Assembly (NCBI GenBank): GCA_964016885.1
Contig: OZ024743.1
Location: 144,646,001 to 144,710,000 of the forward strand
Reading direction: 5' to 3'
Source of the DNA: Eledone cirrhosa
Taxonomy: Eukaryota
Length of the DNA stretch: 64,000 nt
A program made the position numbers and the translations under genes. Below are positions 45,410 to 59,335 of the stretch, piece by piece; positions within the stretch are counted from its first letter, which is position 1; each line of letters begins with the position of its first letter. A model generated the notes under the pieces. That model saw only the letters and a program-made list of their open reading frames with translations, ran no database searches and had not been told where the DNA came from.

Positions 45410-46134
45410 ACTACGAACTTCCACACAGTTTCAGCTTGTGAATTCTATAGAATACCAGAGTAAAATGATGCTGTCTTGTATCCTGTCACTTGTGCTGTGC
45501 ATTGCCTGTGCAAACTGCCTATTCTATTTAGCTCTACATATTTGCTATAATATGATTCCTAGGTGCAGGATGTTGTGGATTTAACTATTTCTATCATCAT
45601 TTATTAACGGTTTATTGGCAGTATCGGTAGAGCGTCGGACAACATGCTTTTCTGCATATAGTTACGGCTTGTTACGTTTTGTGTTCAAATCATGGCGAGG
45701 TCATCAATGCATTTCATCCTTACAGGCTCATTAAAATAAAGTACCAGTAACGCTCTGTGTTCGATATAATCGACTCTCCCTTTCATTTCAAATTGCTGGT
45801 CATGTGCCAAATGTAGAAGCAATTATTAATGATTTATGGATAGGAATAGTAATGATTTCAGCTATTATTACATGTACAATAAAATCATTTGTCAAGTAGC
45901 TTTAATTCCGATTTCAACACTATGATTATAGTCGGGAATAAGGCGGGTTAAAATAGGCGAATTTTTTCGAAAAACGTGTAAAGATGAAATCTTCGGTGTG
46001 CTTTAGCGACTGCAACGGATTATAAGATTTACAACCGCTAGCAGAATATAACTTGTTTTCATTTTATATTTGTTTCAAATAAATAAGTGTTTTATTTCTA
46101 TTTTATTTTTATTTTTTTCTCTTTTTATTTCTAG

Positions 46135-46403
46135 CTGTAACGCAACGGCTGTCGTAATTAAAAAATGTAACACTAAGCAAATGCAGTTATGTGATATCAT
46201 AAACGATAGTCCTTTCAACCTATGCGCACGGGTGCTTGGAGAAGAACGAGTCAGAAGTTATGTGGAATCTTGTCAAATAGATGCCTGCAAATATAAAAAT
46301 GATGTCAATATTAAGAAGATAGTTTGTCAAAGTATTGAAGCTTTTGTTACTGAATGTGAGAATGCTAATGTACCAGTAAATTGGCGAGGAATTGCAGGAT
46401 GTC
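46135..46403 (+). CDS. Host gene exon: C8 domain 2
   Basis: ttctag| ... |gtaagt; YVESCQIDAC...CENANVPVNWRGIAGC; phase 2 to 1. Confidence 0.88.
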
Positions 46404-47715
46404 GTAAGTTTAACATTTCCTATTTTTATTATAAATGGTTTATAGATGGGAACAGAAATTATCTTATTACTTGTACACGAATATCACAAGGAATAAAATA
46501 TCTAGAACTATCGATTATATATATATATATTTCAGAAAATTTATTTCGATATAACAAGACGGTTTGAATTTCATAATTATGCACATTTTGTAAGATATGG
46601 TTTACGTTTAGATGAAAAATGTAAATACTACATTGTATCTTCTCTTCATAAGTAAAAAATAAAAGAAAGAAACCGATTTTCAGATCGGACCTGGGAACTA
46701 TGTTTCTATCGGTCTTCCTGGTTCATACTGTCTGCCGGTCGCAATTCCTGGCAGAAAAGGGCACAATTTGAATAAACGTCCGTAAAAGGGGGAAACTGAC
46801 AACGGACAAATGTTTCTAGTTCATTATAAATTAAGTCATAGTCTATCTGAAACTTCATGGTCTATCTATTGCTTCAATTCATATATTTATGTGAATTTAC
46901 TAATTACTTACACATTTTTTATAATCATTCATAAAATAGAAATCATGATAAGCATCCATTTGACTTCACTAAAATCAATAATAATAATACGTTTGTAAAT
47001 AATAATTATATGTTCACATTAATATTAATCTTTTCACCAGTAACAATTTGAGATTTTGTGCCTACTTAATAAAATTACATGTAACGCTAATGTTATCCAT
47101 TTATGTTAATGTTTTTCTTATGCACTTTAACACCGTATGTCAATTGAAGTGGCTATAAATGGTAATGATTTTTATATCTTAAACTTTCATTGTCTGAATC
47201 TGATGCATCTGTGAAAAATAGCTTGCGAGTGCGCTCCAGAAAGCAATTCTCGAAAACATATATAAAAGTTCTAGGTGACACGTGCGTAGAATCCCTGACT
47301 CACCCACGCTACTATTGTTGGAAGGAATAGCGAGAGAGATGTTGCCGAAAACAAGAAATCAATCTCTCTGCCTCGGTGTCTCTTTCAGTATTATATATCA
47401 GAGTTTAGTATTTTACGTTTAGATGAAGCATTGTGGCTATTTTTTTTATGGTATTGTTGTTGTTGTTTAGTCTCCAAATTAGATGTGACTTAGAATACAT
47501 TTGAACATTACATTATACAAAGAGCCTTTCCATTTTCTAGGCGATATGGAGTAATTTGAAGAAAGCTTTACATATCAATTAATCCCATGTAAAATCCCTG
47601 TTTCGGGTAGTTGGGATTTTACCCAATAGAAGTAGATGTCAACAGTTAGTGAAATTAGTGGCCACTATTTAACTTATTAAGCACACAACCACGACTATAC
47701 CTATATATGTATATG

Positions 47716-47795
<80 letters not shown>

Positions 47796-47844
47796 TACAT
47801 ATACATATATAGGCATAGTCGTGGTTGTGTGCTTAATAAGTTAA

Positions 47845-47952
<108 letters not shown>

Positions 47953-48124
47953 TTATTTATTTATTTATTAAAATAACAGATTAAAGTTTAAGCAAAGAAT
48001 CGCTGCTTTCACCCTTAATGAAAACTTAATGAATGCATAAAATTTACTGATTTAATTTATTGCATCATTGTTTACTAACCGGAAGCACCAGTTCTACCCA
48101 TTTCTAAACAACCTAACATAAATG

Positions 48125-48199
<75 letters not shown>

Positions 48200-49297
48200 C
48201 CATTTATGTTGTTTAGAAATGGGTAGAACTGTGCTTCCGGTTAGTAAACAATGATGCAATAAATTAAAGCACTCAACTTTATGCATTCATTAAGTTTTCA
48301 TTAGAAACAGCAGAAAGGCCAGACTGGAAATTTACTTTAGAATTTTAATTCCACGAAAACACTGTATATTCCGATGGCCCAGCTTTATCGTCCGATCATG
48401 ATGCAAGACATTGACGATTTCATCAGGTGTTAATTGCAGAATTAGTTCCATAAGACAATGGGATTACGTCGAACAGAAAATAGAAAATAGAGGACAGATT
48501 CGATTCAGAGATGGCCAGCCAGTTCAGTGTTATAGAAACGGCAGACCATGCCCGAACTAATGAGAGTATATATATATATATATATATATAAATTTTGAGT
48601 ATATGTTGGTTGTTTACCGACACCTCAGTATGCAGATTGGAGCACTCGACGAAGTACGCTGGCTGGTTTGTTTACTCCGGAGTAATGTAACATAAGTAAG
48701 TCAAACATGTAAAATTTGGCTTCGTTTATTATAAATTCTCTGCTATATATATTTTGGTGACAGCTATTATTGGCTGTGACCTCTTCAGCCAGTACGAATT
48801 AATGTGGAAAAGACAGGTAAACATGTTGTTGAAATGCGTTCCACTCTGTCAATACATCGATATGTCCAGCTCCATATTTACTATATAGTGTTCTGAAATC
48901 ATATAGAATTTTTTTTTATTATATTATAATATAGATTGTAATTAATTATTAGGTTAAACATTAGATCAAACAATATATCTTTAAATAATTTGCATTCTTT
49001 AAATTACTAAACACTAGAGTTATCTTTCCCTTAATAAAAGTTTGTTTGCAATACACATATCCGAGACATTCAAATTTTACATATATGTTTAAATTTATAT
49101 ATCTAACCTTATATATTAATAGATTATACATAATATTATACATCTTGTCTAAAAAAAAATATTATTTTCACATTCTTAAGGTATATATAGAAAATGCATA
49201 TATATCATCGCTCGACATATCTTTTTCATAATTATATATACTTAAATAAGATCTATATTCACGCATTATTTATGTACTAAATAAATTTCTTTTAATA

Positions 49298-49672
49298 ATT
49301 GTTTCTACTTTTGGCACAAGGCCAGCAATTACCCAGTGCATTACTGGTTCTTTATTTTATCGATCCCGTAAGGATGAAAGGCAAGGTTAACCTCGGCGGG
49401 ATTTGAACTCAGTCCGTAAAGGGACGTAACTGTGCTGCAAAGCATGGCATCCGACCCTCTACCAATACTGCCAATTCACCACCTATTTCTTTTAATAATT
49501 GTTTCTACTTTTGGCACAAGGCCAGCAATCACCCAGTACATTACTGGTACTTTATTTTATCGACCCTGTAAGGATGAAAGGCAAAGTTAACCTTGGCGGG
49601 ATTTGAACTCAGACCATAAAGGGCAGTAACTCTTTGCTTGCAAAGCATGGCGTCCGACCCTCTACCAATACT
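49298..49672 (-). mobile_element. Two SINE copies in direct tandem
   Basis: 49298-49481 and 49497-49672, both matching 283-470. Confidence 0.8.
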
Positions 49673-50320
49673 ACAATAATGTCTTATACTACAATACATT
49701 TTATTTATAACTGCACTTATAATATTAAAATATATGCGTAAAATATACACAATATATAAAATATACACAGTATATATAAATACAGGGTATCTTTCACATA
49801 TTATATTGCTTTAATAAATTAATAGTTCTCAATTTAATACATTAATCTATACTTCTCACCTAAATATTATAAATACTTCCATATTCTTAAAATATATTAT
49901 AAAATTAAATAAATAAATATAATTTTTTCATTCTTTCTATACCCACGTTTGGGTGTATATATGCATATTTCTATAAATAATCCTAAATTAACTTTAAAAT
50001 ATTTTTTTCAAATTTAATAAGAATCCCTTTAAAATAAAAAAATTAGATATGTATTTAAAATCTATCTAGCGTCTAAACTTATCGCTCCTTTTCAGTTTTA
50101 ACGTTATCCTCATTAGCATATTTATCCTGAGTTTTGAAAATGTATTCACTATCTTCAATAAACTTATAACATGAAGTTCACATGAAGATATGTCACTAAC
50201 TTTACACCAATTATTGTATTTTATCTGACGAAAGCGTACTAAAATATTAGTAACCTTGAAATACGTATAATAAAATAAATATGGTTTTATAAAGATATTT
50301 TCCATTTATTAATATTATTG

Positions 50321-50405
<85 letters not shown>

Positions 50406-50561
50406 CGAAACATAAGTTAATTGCATGAACTCATAGTCCTTTATTTACTGCTATATATATTTCGATGATAGCCATTGAGTGGCTATGACCTCATCAGGCA
50501 GTTAGTCAGTTCTTAGATGTGCCAGCTCTGTGTTTATGGTGTTCATTGTATCAGAGCATTT

Positions 50562-50628
<67 letters not shown>

Positions 50629-50693
50629 TATGCCGTATACAACAATAATAAGCAATGTAAGCTTTTGCTAATTTCATCTATCATATTTGTCAG

Positions 50694-50884
50694 CAAAATT
50701 CTGTAGTTATACCGAAAAATACAATTACCGCTCACCAAGCTGCCGGAAGGATTGCCTAAAACAAGAAAAATGTTCCACCTACGTTGAAGGTTGTTCATGT
50801 TCTCATTCAGCATACCTGTATAGTGGAACGTCCTGCACGTATAAAACATACTGTGGCTGCACTATTACAAATATTTACTTCAAG
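50694..50884 (+). CDS. Host gene exon: TIL domain 2
   Basis: tgtcag| ... aag|gtgact; 191 nt, the same length as TIL exon 1; EGCSC...SGTSC...YCGC. Confidence 0.85.
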
Positions 50885-50937
50885 GTGACTTACTTTTGTT
50901 TTTGATTTTTGATGTATCTGTACTTTAAACATAATAA

Positions 50938-51000
<63 letters not shown>

Positions 51001-51004
<4 letters not shown>

Positions 51005-51132
51005 CATAAAAGCACGTCGTTATTTATACAATATCAAGTTTGGAGTGAATAATGAGTGGAAGAGGGTGCTCATCACTAGGATTGGTAGGAAAGATAGAAC
51101 ATGAGAATGAAATAGTGACGGATAATAAAACG

Positions 51133-51183
<51 letters not shown>

Positions 51184-51311
51184 CATAAAAGCACGTCGTT
51201 ATTTATACAATATCAAGTTTGGAGTGAATAATGAGTGGAAGAGGGTGCTCATCACTAGGATTGGTAGGAAAGATAGAACATGAGAATGAAATAGTGACGG
51301 ATAATAAAACG

Positions 51312-51372
<61 letters not shown>

Positions 51373-51498
51373 TAAAAGCACGTCGTTATTTATACAATAT
51401 CAAGTTTGGAGTGAATAATGAGTGGAAGAGGGTGCTCATCACTAGGATTGGTAGGAAAGATAGAACATGAGAATGAAATAGTGACGGATAATAAAACG

Positions 51499-51502
<4 letters not shown>
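51001..51502. repeat. Three ~135 bp units in tandem separated by (TA)n
   Basis: aaaagcacgtcg...gataataaaacg repeated three times, essentially identical. Confidence 0.9.
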
Positions 51503-51579
<77 letters not shown>

Positions 51580-51660
51580 GGAAAAATTTGAAGAGGGACA
51601 AAACAGAGAGGCAGTACAATAAATGTTTATTAATTTCACGCTCAGGAGAGTGGGGGGGGG

Positions 51661-51694
51661 GACGACGTTTCGGGCATAAGCCCTTCCTCAGGTG
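51661..51694 (-). ncRNA. Minimal hammerhead motif with weak stem I
   Basis: Reverse complement: cac-CTGAGGA-a-GGGC(ttat)GCCC-GAAA-CG-TC-gtc. Confidence 0.6.
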
Positions 51695-51744
51695 AGAAGT
51701 GTGTGGGAACAGAGTTCAAAAGGTGTATAGGGAAGTGGTGGAGA

Positions 51745-51796
<52 letters not shown>

Positions 51797-52029
51797 TAAG
51801 TTTAAAGAACAGCTAGACAAAATTTATCCAATTTTTTGTTCTTAGCCAGTAGAAATTAACTAGATAAATAATCATTTAAATGGAGCTACGTTTAAAATGT
51901 AACTTTGAAGAAAAAAATAGATAAATGTTACCAACAATTCCTCCAGTCCCGACTATCGATAGTTTCGCTCGTACTTTGTAGAAATGTCTAATCGTTGCAT
52001 TATCCATGAGGATCCGAGCTTTTCAATAG

Positions 52030-52106
<77 letters not shown>

Positions 52107-52293
52107 AACAAGTAAGACCCCGACGGCTGAGCTCGAGCCGTTTCGACGGCTAATTCTGTACAGAATTAGCCGTCGAAACGGCTCGAGCTCAGCCGTCGGG
52201 GTCTTACTTGTTCCTATTACCCACTCTACTACCCTAAGTATTGAGTACTTTGGTGCGTTATGGTCCACCTGGTTCCTTACCACGTTTCCTTCG

Positions 52294-52349
<56 letters not shown>

Positions 52350-52354
<5 letters not shown>

Positions 52355-52720
52355 GAATTCCAACTTTGTCTGATTTACTCGTTTATTTACAATCCTTTAA
52401 AATTATAATGATATTATAATGAAATAGTATGGTAGAATATTAAATGTTAAGTGTTAATAGAACAAGTACTTTCATGCTTTCGCAATTTTCAGGTTCATAT
52501 TCAGTGGTGACAGTCAAGTTTGCAATTTTCGACTGTTGAAAATTGCAAACTTGACTGTCACCACTGAATATGAACCTGAAGATTGCGAAAGCATGAAAGT
52601 ACTTGTTCTATTAACACTTAACATTTAATATTCTACCATACTATTTCATTATAATATCATTATAATTTTAAAGGATTGTAAATAAAACGAGTAAATCAGA
52701 CAAAGTTGGAATTCCTTTTA
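52350..52720. repeat. Near-perfect ~180 bp-arm palindrome containing a hammerhead (52572-52608, +)
   Basis: Centre at ~52531-52537; gaac-CTGAAGA-tTGC(gaaa)GCAt-GAAA-GTAC-TT-gttc. Confidence 0.85.
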
Positions 52721-52755
52721 TTAATATAATCTTCTATACACAATCATACACATCC

Positions 52756-52789
<34 letters not shown>

Positions 52790-52793
<4 letters not shown>

Positions 52794-52890
52794 GGTGTCC
52801 CCAAAAGTGTATACACACTTCAACAAATTTCTAATAAATATTGCCAGTACAGGTAATCAAAGTGTGTATACATTTTTAGGAACACCCTTA
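52790..52890. mobile_element. Tc1/mariner-type MITE
   Basis: TIRs agggtgtcccc.aaaagtgtatacacactt / aagtgtgtatacatttttaggaacaccct, flanked by TA. Confidence 0.6.
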
Positions 52891-52999
52891 CACACACACA
52901 CACACGCGCGCACGCACGCACATATATATATATACACACGCACATTTATGTGTTTTATTTGCTTTGCAAGATTCTTGATGTGAAATCGGGTTTTGAAAG

Positions 53000-53397
53000 A
53001 TATTATATTTGGGGACGGTCATGTTGTCAATTTTGCCAATAAAAAGACACGCATCATTTGATTCAGCTTTATTTTCTTTAGTTATTAATTATTGGTTATT
53101 TCGCCAAGGCTCTTTCCTCACACATTCTGTGGCCTCCTCAATTGTTCTTCTTCGCTGTGTCTCCTCTTCTTTCTGGTCTTACAAGATGGAGTAAACAGAA
53201 TAAAACCAGAAAGAAGAGGAGACATGGAGAAGAACAAATAGTGTTTGAAGAGATCAGAGATTGTGTAATGAAAGATTTTAGACGAACTAACCAATAACCA
53301 GTAACCCATAACTAATAATAATAAAGCGAAGTGCAAGTCAAATAATGGGTGTTTTTATTGCCAATATTGGCAACATGATCACCCCCAAATATAACAC
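53000..53397. mobile_element. Inverted PLE pseudo-LTR pieces related to the element at 17135-18420
   Basis: Ends resemble 18370-18417; degenerate HHR on the minus strand at 53103-53145 shares the cacagaatgtgtga stem II. Confidence 0.6.
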
Positions 53398-53399
53398 AT

Positions 53400-53850
53400 A
53401 CATGGATAGTTGCAATATGTTCATGTACGATGGTGTGCCATCATACAGAGAAAATATTGTGTCTCAATAGCTTTAAAAGATTAAGGTTACATCACGTAAG
53501 TGGTTCTTGAAATATTCATGACTTCAGTCCCATTGTAAATTTGTGGGAATATACGAAAAGCAAAGTTGCAGACAAACAACCATCCAGATTGAAATCCTTA
53601 GAAGAGGTGATTAAGGATGTATGGATTAAAGAACTTTCACAGAAATATTACCAGGTTATTAAATCTAGTATGCCTCATCGTATTCAAACGGTCATTGAGA
53701 CAAAAGGTGGACATACGAAATACTAATCTGATGTAAAATTGATGTAGGAAAACATGTCTTCAATATAATTGATGCTTTAAAATTAATATTTTCGTTTTAT
53801 AAGATGTTTCCTTCAATTTTGTCAAAAATTGTTGCGTGGTTTTGGACCAC
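53400..53850 (+). mobile_element. Tc1-like transposase C-terminal relic
   Basis: LW...SMPHRIQTVIETKGGHTKY, a typical Tc1 C-terminus. Confidence 0.7.
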
Positions 53851-54028
53851 GACGGTGGTCATCGGATTGGAATACGGGTTTGAATTGATATACGTTTTAT
53901 AGTAGTACTGGAAGTATTTAAAGAAAAGAATAATGTGATGGCATCTTTGTTTATGGGGTCATTTTATAGTTTACTACTGGTAATTCTGAGATAAGTGTAA
54001 ATTATTTCTTTTTTTAAATGTTTTTTAG

Positions 54029-54209
54029 AGAGGATATACCATCTATGATTCTAAATGTAAGAATAGATTTTACTGCCGTTCACTGAAAAAGATAAAAAAA
54101 TATTCAGTGAAATGTGCAAAGAACGGTCGATGTGGCCTTGAAAATGGACAACGAAAATGTGTCTGCGCAAATGGCTATTATGGGGGAGAAAATTACTGTT
54201 ACTCATTGG
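54029..54209 (+). CDS. Host gene exon: TILa / EGF-like module 2
   Basis: tttttag| ... |gtaggt; RGYTIYDSKC...CAKNGRCGLENGQRKCVCANGYYGGENYC; phase 0 to 1. Confidence 0.85.
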
Positions 54210-55239
54210 GTAGGTACACACTTTTTTATATTTACGTAACCGTCATATGGCGTATCCTTTGTCCTTTTTTGATACCTTATGTAGTAGGCGTCACTAAAAA
54301 TACATGGTATTAGAACCCATGTGATATTAATGGAAGATACTGTACGAGAAAAAAAAACTTTGAACAGATATTTTACTTCCCATTACGTGTGCAGAGTAAA
54401 TTAGACTCGAATAATTTTAGACACGATTTTCGAACTTCATTACGTTATTTTCAGAAAAAATGATCTATGGTTGTAATGCTAAAAATAAAATGAAGAATGT
54501 GCTATTTTCGCTTGTTCCTTATTCTTATATAAAATGAAAATTCAATATTCTGGGCAATGGGGAACCTTAGTTTTATTCATATTCTCATACATTGTGACGA
54601 ACTCCATTAATAGTGGAGTCTATAATATATGCTTCCTTTATGTTAATTGTAGACAATCTTGCATGCAAGATGGGTAGATTTTCTGACGTACCGACAACAG
54701 TGTTGTGTTAAGTGGCTAACTACTACACCTACTAATAATATCCTAAGTGTTTCTATAATACGTGAACCATAAGCTGTATTTCATTTCGCTTATGGCACAT
54801 ATACATTTTATATTCACTCCTTTTAAAATTAGTTACATGTAGACAATGGTAACGCGTTCTGAAGAACATTGTTTCTCGCCCTATTTGCCGTTATTTTTAG
54901 TGTTCTAAAATTATACACAAAGTTACTTTTTATAGGGAGCGTTAGAAAAAAAAACAACTGGGTGATTTGGATTATATATAATTCATAAATGGGAGATGAA
55001 TAATGTTAACTTCTTCAGGTAATTAGGAAGGATTATTAACTGCATTACATAAATAAACATTACAAATAACAAATTCAATTCCATGTGTATCAGGCTGTTG
55101 ACAAGCATCTCATAGTCTAGAGGATGTTATCTGATAATATTCAAGCATTTTTCAAACATGACACAAATACATGAGCATATTTAGTTATGAAACGAATTTG
55201 ACATTCTGCATTTATGGAATAATTACATTTTCTTTTTAG

Positions 55240-55464
55240 CGCGGCGTGGAACATTCATTACAGTAAACACGGCAGATCTGAAGGCGAAGCCTTGGGATAT
55301 AATCGAATATCAGTCATGCTTCTACAGCTGTTATATCAATAAACATTGTAAGGCATATACCATTGATTACACTAACAGATTATGTAAATTGTATAATATT
55401 GATGCGAGTGAGAATGCTACTGTGACTAGCGCATGTGTATCAACACATTATCATCAACGAATAA
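55240..55464 (+). CDS. Host gene exon: PAN/Apple-like domain 1 (not in the ORF track)
   Basis: ttttag| ... |gtgagt; open frame ...QSCFYSCYINKHCKAYTIDYTNRLCKLY..., the CxxxC..C....C PAN pattern; phase 1 to 1. Confidence 0.78.
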
Positions 55465-55573
55465 GTGAGTATATATTCTAACTATACATATATATTTTCT
55501 TAACTTAATTAAGGATTTTACTTTATATGTGCATACACAACACACTTACCCCATATATATACACATAGTAATA

Positions 55574-55649
<76 letters not shown>

Positions 55650-55698
55650 TTTCTTTATTAACCACAAGGGTTTACATAAAGTAGACATAATAATAATA

Positions 55699-55975
55699 AG
55701 TGGGAGGTGAAAAGGATTTGGAACTGCCATGAAGTCAAAGTGATCCCGATTGTCATAGGCGCACTGGGGACTATCTCCAAAGGTTTCCAGGGATGGTTAA
55801 AGAAAATCGGCCCCTTCACGCTTTTTGGAACGCTTTAAAAGGCATGCTTGCTTGGAACAGCAAGAACCCTCCGATACGTCCTGAATATCTGAGGCTGCAG
55901 GTAGTGGCTTGATATTCATTCCAACGGACTTTCCAGTTAACCAACATCAATGACTGAGATTCAAGGAATAACAAC
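55699..55975 (+). mobile_element. Dong-like 3' end (second family) in (TAA)n
   Basis: Reverse complement of 23383-23655. Confidence 0.85.
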
Positions 55976-56005
<30 letters not shown>

Positions 56006-56006
<1 letters not shown>

Positions 56007-59000
56007 TTTTCTTTATTAACCACAAGGGTTTACATAAAGTAGACATTAAGGACAGTACAGGACAATACAGGACGGTACAAATGGGCATTTCTGCGTGTAA
56101 AAAAACAAAAACAGAGGATGTAACAAAAAATAACAATGAAAAATTCCCCAATAGGGGGGAGACTTCCGAGGGACATTTGTGGAGAAAGCCCATTAAAAAG
56201 GCCACAGTGACCCTGACCACCAGGGCAAGTGCCCTCTCCCAGTTTTCCACCTTTAATTTACAGACACATACTCAGAGTAGGCCCATTCACTCGGGCCATA
56301 CTTGCTTCTCTCACCCATCTTTCAACAAAATGCTGGGAAGAGAGCACTTCCCTCTCTACCCTGATTTTCCTTTTCAAATGAAATTTGAAAAAGTTAATCA
56401 GGGCATCACCTAAGAGGTAAGTGCTCGTCTTCAGCCCTTTCAAACGTGTCCACCATACTATCTCTTTCGCCATGGCCACCAGACAGATAAAAACTGCCTG
56501 CCCTTCCCGGCTAAAGGAAGAGGGCGGGGCAATCCTCACGATGGACTCAGCTGATAGCTGGATCCGTCCTACACGTGACAGCAGGTGTTCGACATAAACC
56601 CACAAGTCAGCAATGCTCGGACACTGGACGAGTGCGTGCAGGACGGTTTCGTCGCCCTGCGCGCATCACGGACATGTAGAGTTTATCCCGAACTGGCAAA
56701 GCTCCTCGGTAGCACTGCCAGGCCAGGGATTTCTGGAAGTTGTCCATAGGCCCCGGCCCGAAAGTCCTTCCGAAGAGATTGGCTAGTTGATTTTCGTCGA
56801 CGCCTAGAGTTTCCCCAAGTACGTCGTCGCTCTTACCCTCCACTAATCCTCTATAGAACGCCAAGGTGGAGTTTCCACCGATCACATTGCCCGATTGGTC
56901 GAGGGCTGTGAGCGCCTGAAGACATTCCAGTCTCCAAGCGCTCCCTCTCGGTCTTCGCTTGACCCAGGACTGCAGCTCCGTCGAGGAGACGAGCTGGGAA
57001 AAGACGTGTCTAGCAAACGGCGACCACACCTGATTACCGTCGAGGAAGAGGTGGAGATGTCGTAGCCTGAGCGCGTGTCTGCGCATCATCAGCCACGGCA
57101 TACCCAGTCCTCCACGTAGCGGGTGTTGACAGCAGATGGACCGCCTGACCATCGGAGCGCGTCCCTTCCACAAAAAGCGAAAGAGCAAACGCTCCAGCGC
57201 AGTCAGGCGGGGCTTAGGACAAGGTACGACGGTCAGGCGGTAGTAGATGACGTACGCGATGTACGCGTTAGCCACCTCCACTCGACCTTTCAGGGATAGC
57301 TTCCTCTCCGCCCATTTCTGGGTGAGAGAAGCCACCCTGCTCGCACCTCGTCCCAGTTGTTGTCCGTCTGGAGGTCCGGACCGAGCCAGACCCCTAGTAA
57401 TTTAACCGGTCCGTCCGTCCAGCGCCCGACGACGCTGTTGGACGGCATGGACCTGCCTCTCCAGGTGCCGAGCTGCAGGCCCACTGACTTATCCTGGTTG
57501 ATCATTCCTCCTGTCACCGCTTCGTATTCTCTTAGTGTAGTGCCGATCGCCTCGATGTGTTTGGCGTTCGACACCACTACGGTGACATCGTCCGCATATG
57601 CTGACACGGATCTTCTGCATCCTAGTTCGCGCGGGACCCCCTCAACGTCTCCAGTTTGTGCAGTAATGGCTCGAGAGTCAATACGTGCAAGAGGGACGAG
57701 AGGAATATCCTTGGTGGACCAATCGCATGATATTGAACGGTTCCGAAAGGTGACCGTTTACTCTCACCACAGAGCAGATGTCACTGTGCATGGCAGTGAT
57801 CCAGCCTCTGAAGACGGGCCCAAAGCCAGCTGCCCTCAGGACTGCCGCTAGGTAACGATGGTCGACCCTATCGAAAGCTTTCGACTCATCTAAATTGATC
57901 AAGGACCCACCTGTGCCAGGTTCCCTAGCTACCCTCCCTACGATGTATCGCATGTGGTGGATGGATCTGTCGGGAATGGCGCATGTCTGCGCCTCTCCCA
58001 CAAGACCACCAACGACAAGCGCCAACCTCTTTGCTAGCACCTTGGCCAAAATCTTGAACTCTGTGTTTAGCAGAGTTATGGGCCTGAAATTATCTATGTT
58101 CTCCCCCTTGTTCGGATCCTTTCTCAGCAGCTCCACCGCTCCTCGGCTCACAGAGCTGGGAATTCTCCTGTTCTGTTGCCAGTTGCAGTAGACGTCCGCC
58201 AAGAGGCCTCCGAACAAGTCTGGCATCTATACGTAAAGTTCATAGGGCAGACCATCCAAACCAGGCGATTTACCCCTTGTGCAGCCAGTCACTGCCTCCC
58301 GTACTTCAGCGGCTGTTATCGGATTTTCGCAATACTCCGCCTCAGTGGCCGAGAGCCGCGGCAGTCCGTCGAGGTAGACACTAAAGTCTATCCCTCGATC
58401 CGGCCCGCCGCTGCCCCCGAACAGCTGTGCGAAGTGTCGCTGAAAAGCTTCACACATTTGCCCGGGATCGAGTAGCATGCGCCCGTCGTGGTCCACCAAA
58501 GACCGGATCATGGCTTTGTTACCACGACGTGCCTCCGCCACTCGGGCCCATTGAACGGCTTCCGTCCCCTCGTGTCTGAGAGCACGCACCCTAGCTCTGA
58601 CAACGCAGCCTTCGTGCTTTGCATTGAAGAATTGGTCAAGGGCCAATTTCGCCGCAAGTACGTCGGTCGAGATGCCTTTGCTAAGCGCTCGTCTAATTTT
58701 CTAACTAGTTCTCCCTCTGCTCTATTTTTCTCTATAGCTAAAGTTTTACTAAACCTAATGGACTCTATTCTAATGAAGATGGCCCGTATGGAGAGATCCA
58801 AAACTCTCCGAAAAAGCACAGCAACTCCCCCCCCCCCGATCCAGGACGGCTGGGAGATGCGCACACATCGTAGCCGCCGAAGATCGGTGCGAAGGCCCGT
58901 GCTTCGGAGATTCTGGTCTCTCTGATGGCCACTACATCTATGTTTGGTGACCTGTGGTCGTTGAGCAGGTGGCCCTGCTTCCATGACGACCCCAAGCCAC

Positions 59001-59335
59001 GCGCAATTATGCTGCCTATTCTGAGTGAGGTCATGTTGAAATGGAGTGGAAAAGATGGGAAAGATCACTTACCTTACTTCTCGTAGAGGAAGGATGGTTT
59101 GTCCATCCTTTTCACTGCTTGTGGCCTCCTCCGGAAGGATGTCCTTATAAATCCTCCTGGAGAGTGTTTGTCGGAAGTCTCCGATGTCTTTGGGGAATTT
59201 TTGTTTTAGTGTCGTGTCCGTTTTCTGTGTGATGCGAGTGATTTGTATGGAGGTGGTGTGAACTTTTGGGGTGTTGTGTAGTCTTTTTCTGTGATGCTGG
59301 TGTTGTGTTGGATGTAGTGTAATAATTGGTTGTTG
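56006..59335 (-). mobile_element. Tx1-like retrotransposon copy 3, decayed
   Basis: ORF2 start at 59034, RT with SAYADD, GGLG region, 3' end in (TAA)n. Confidence 0.88.

Noticed and set aside
51001-51502. CRISPR-like repeat-spacer array
   Set aside because: Eukaryotic context, 135 bp repeats, spacers are plain (TA)n and there are no cas genes
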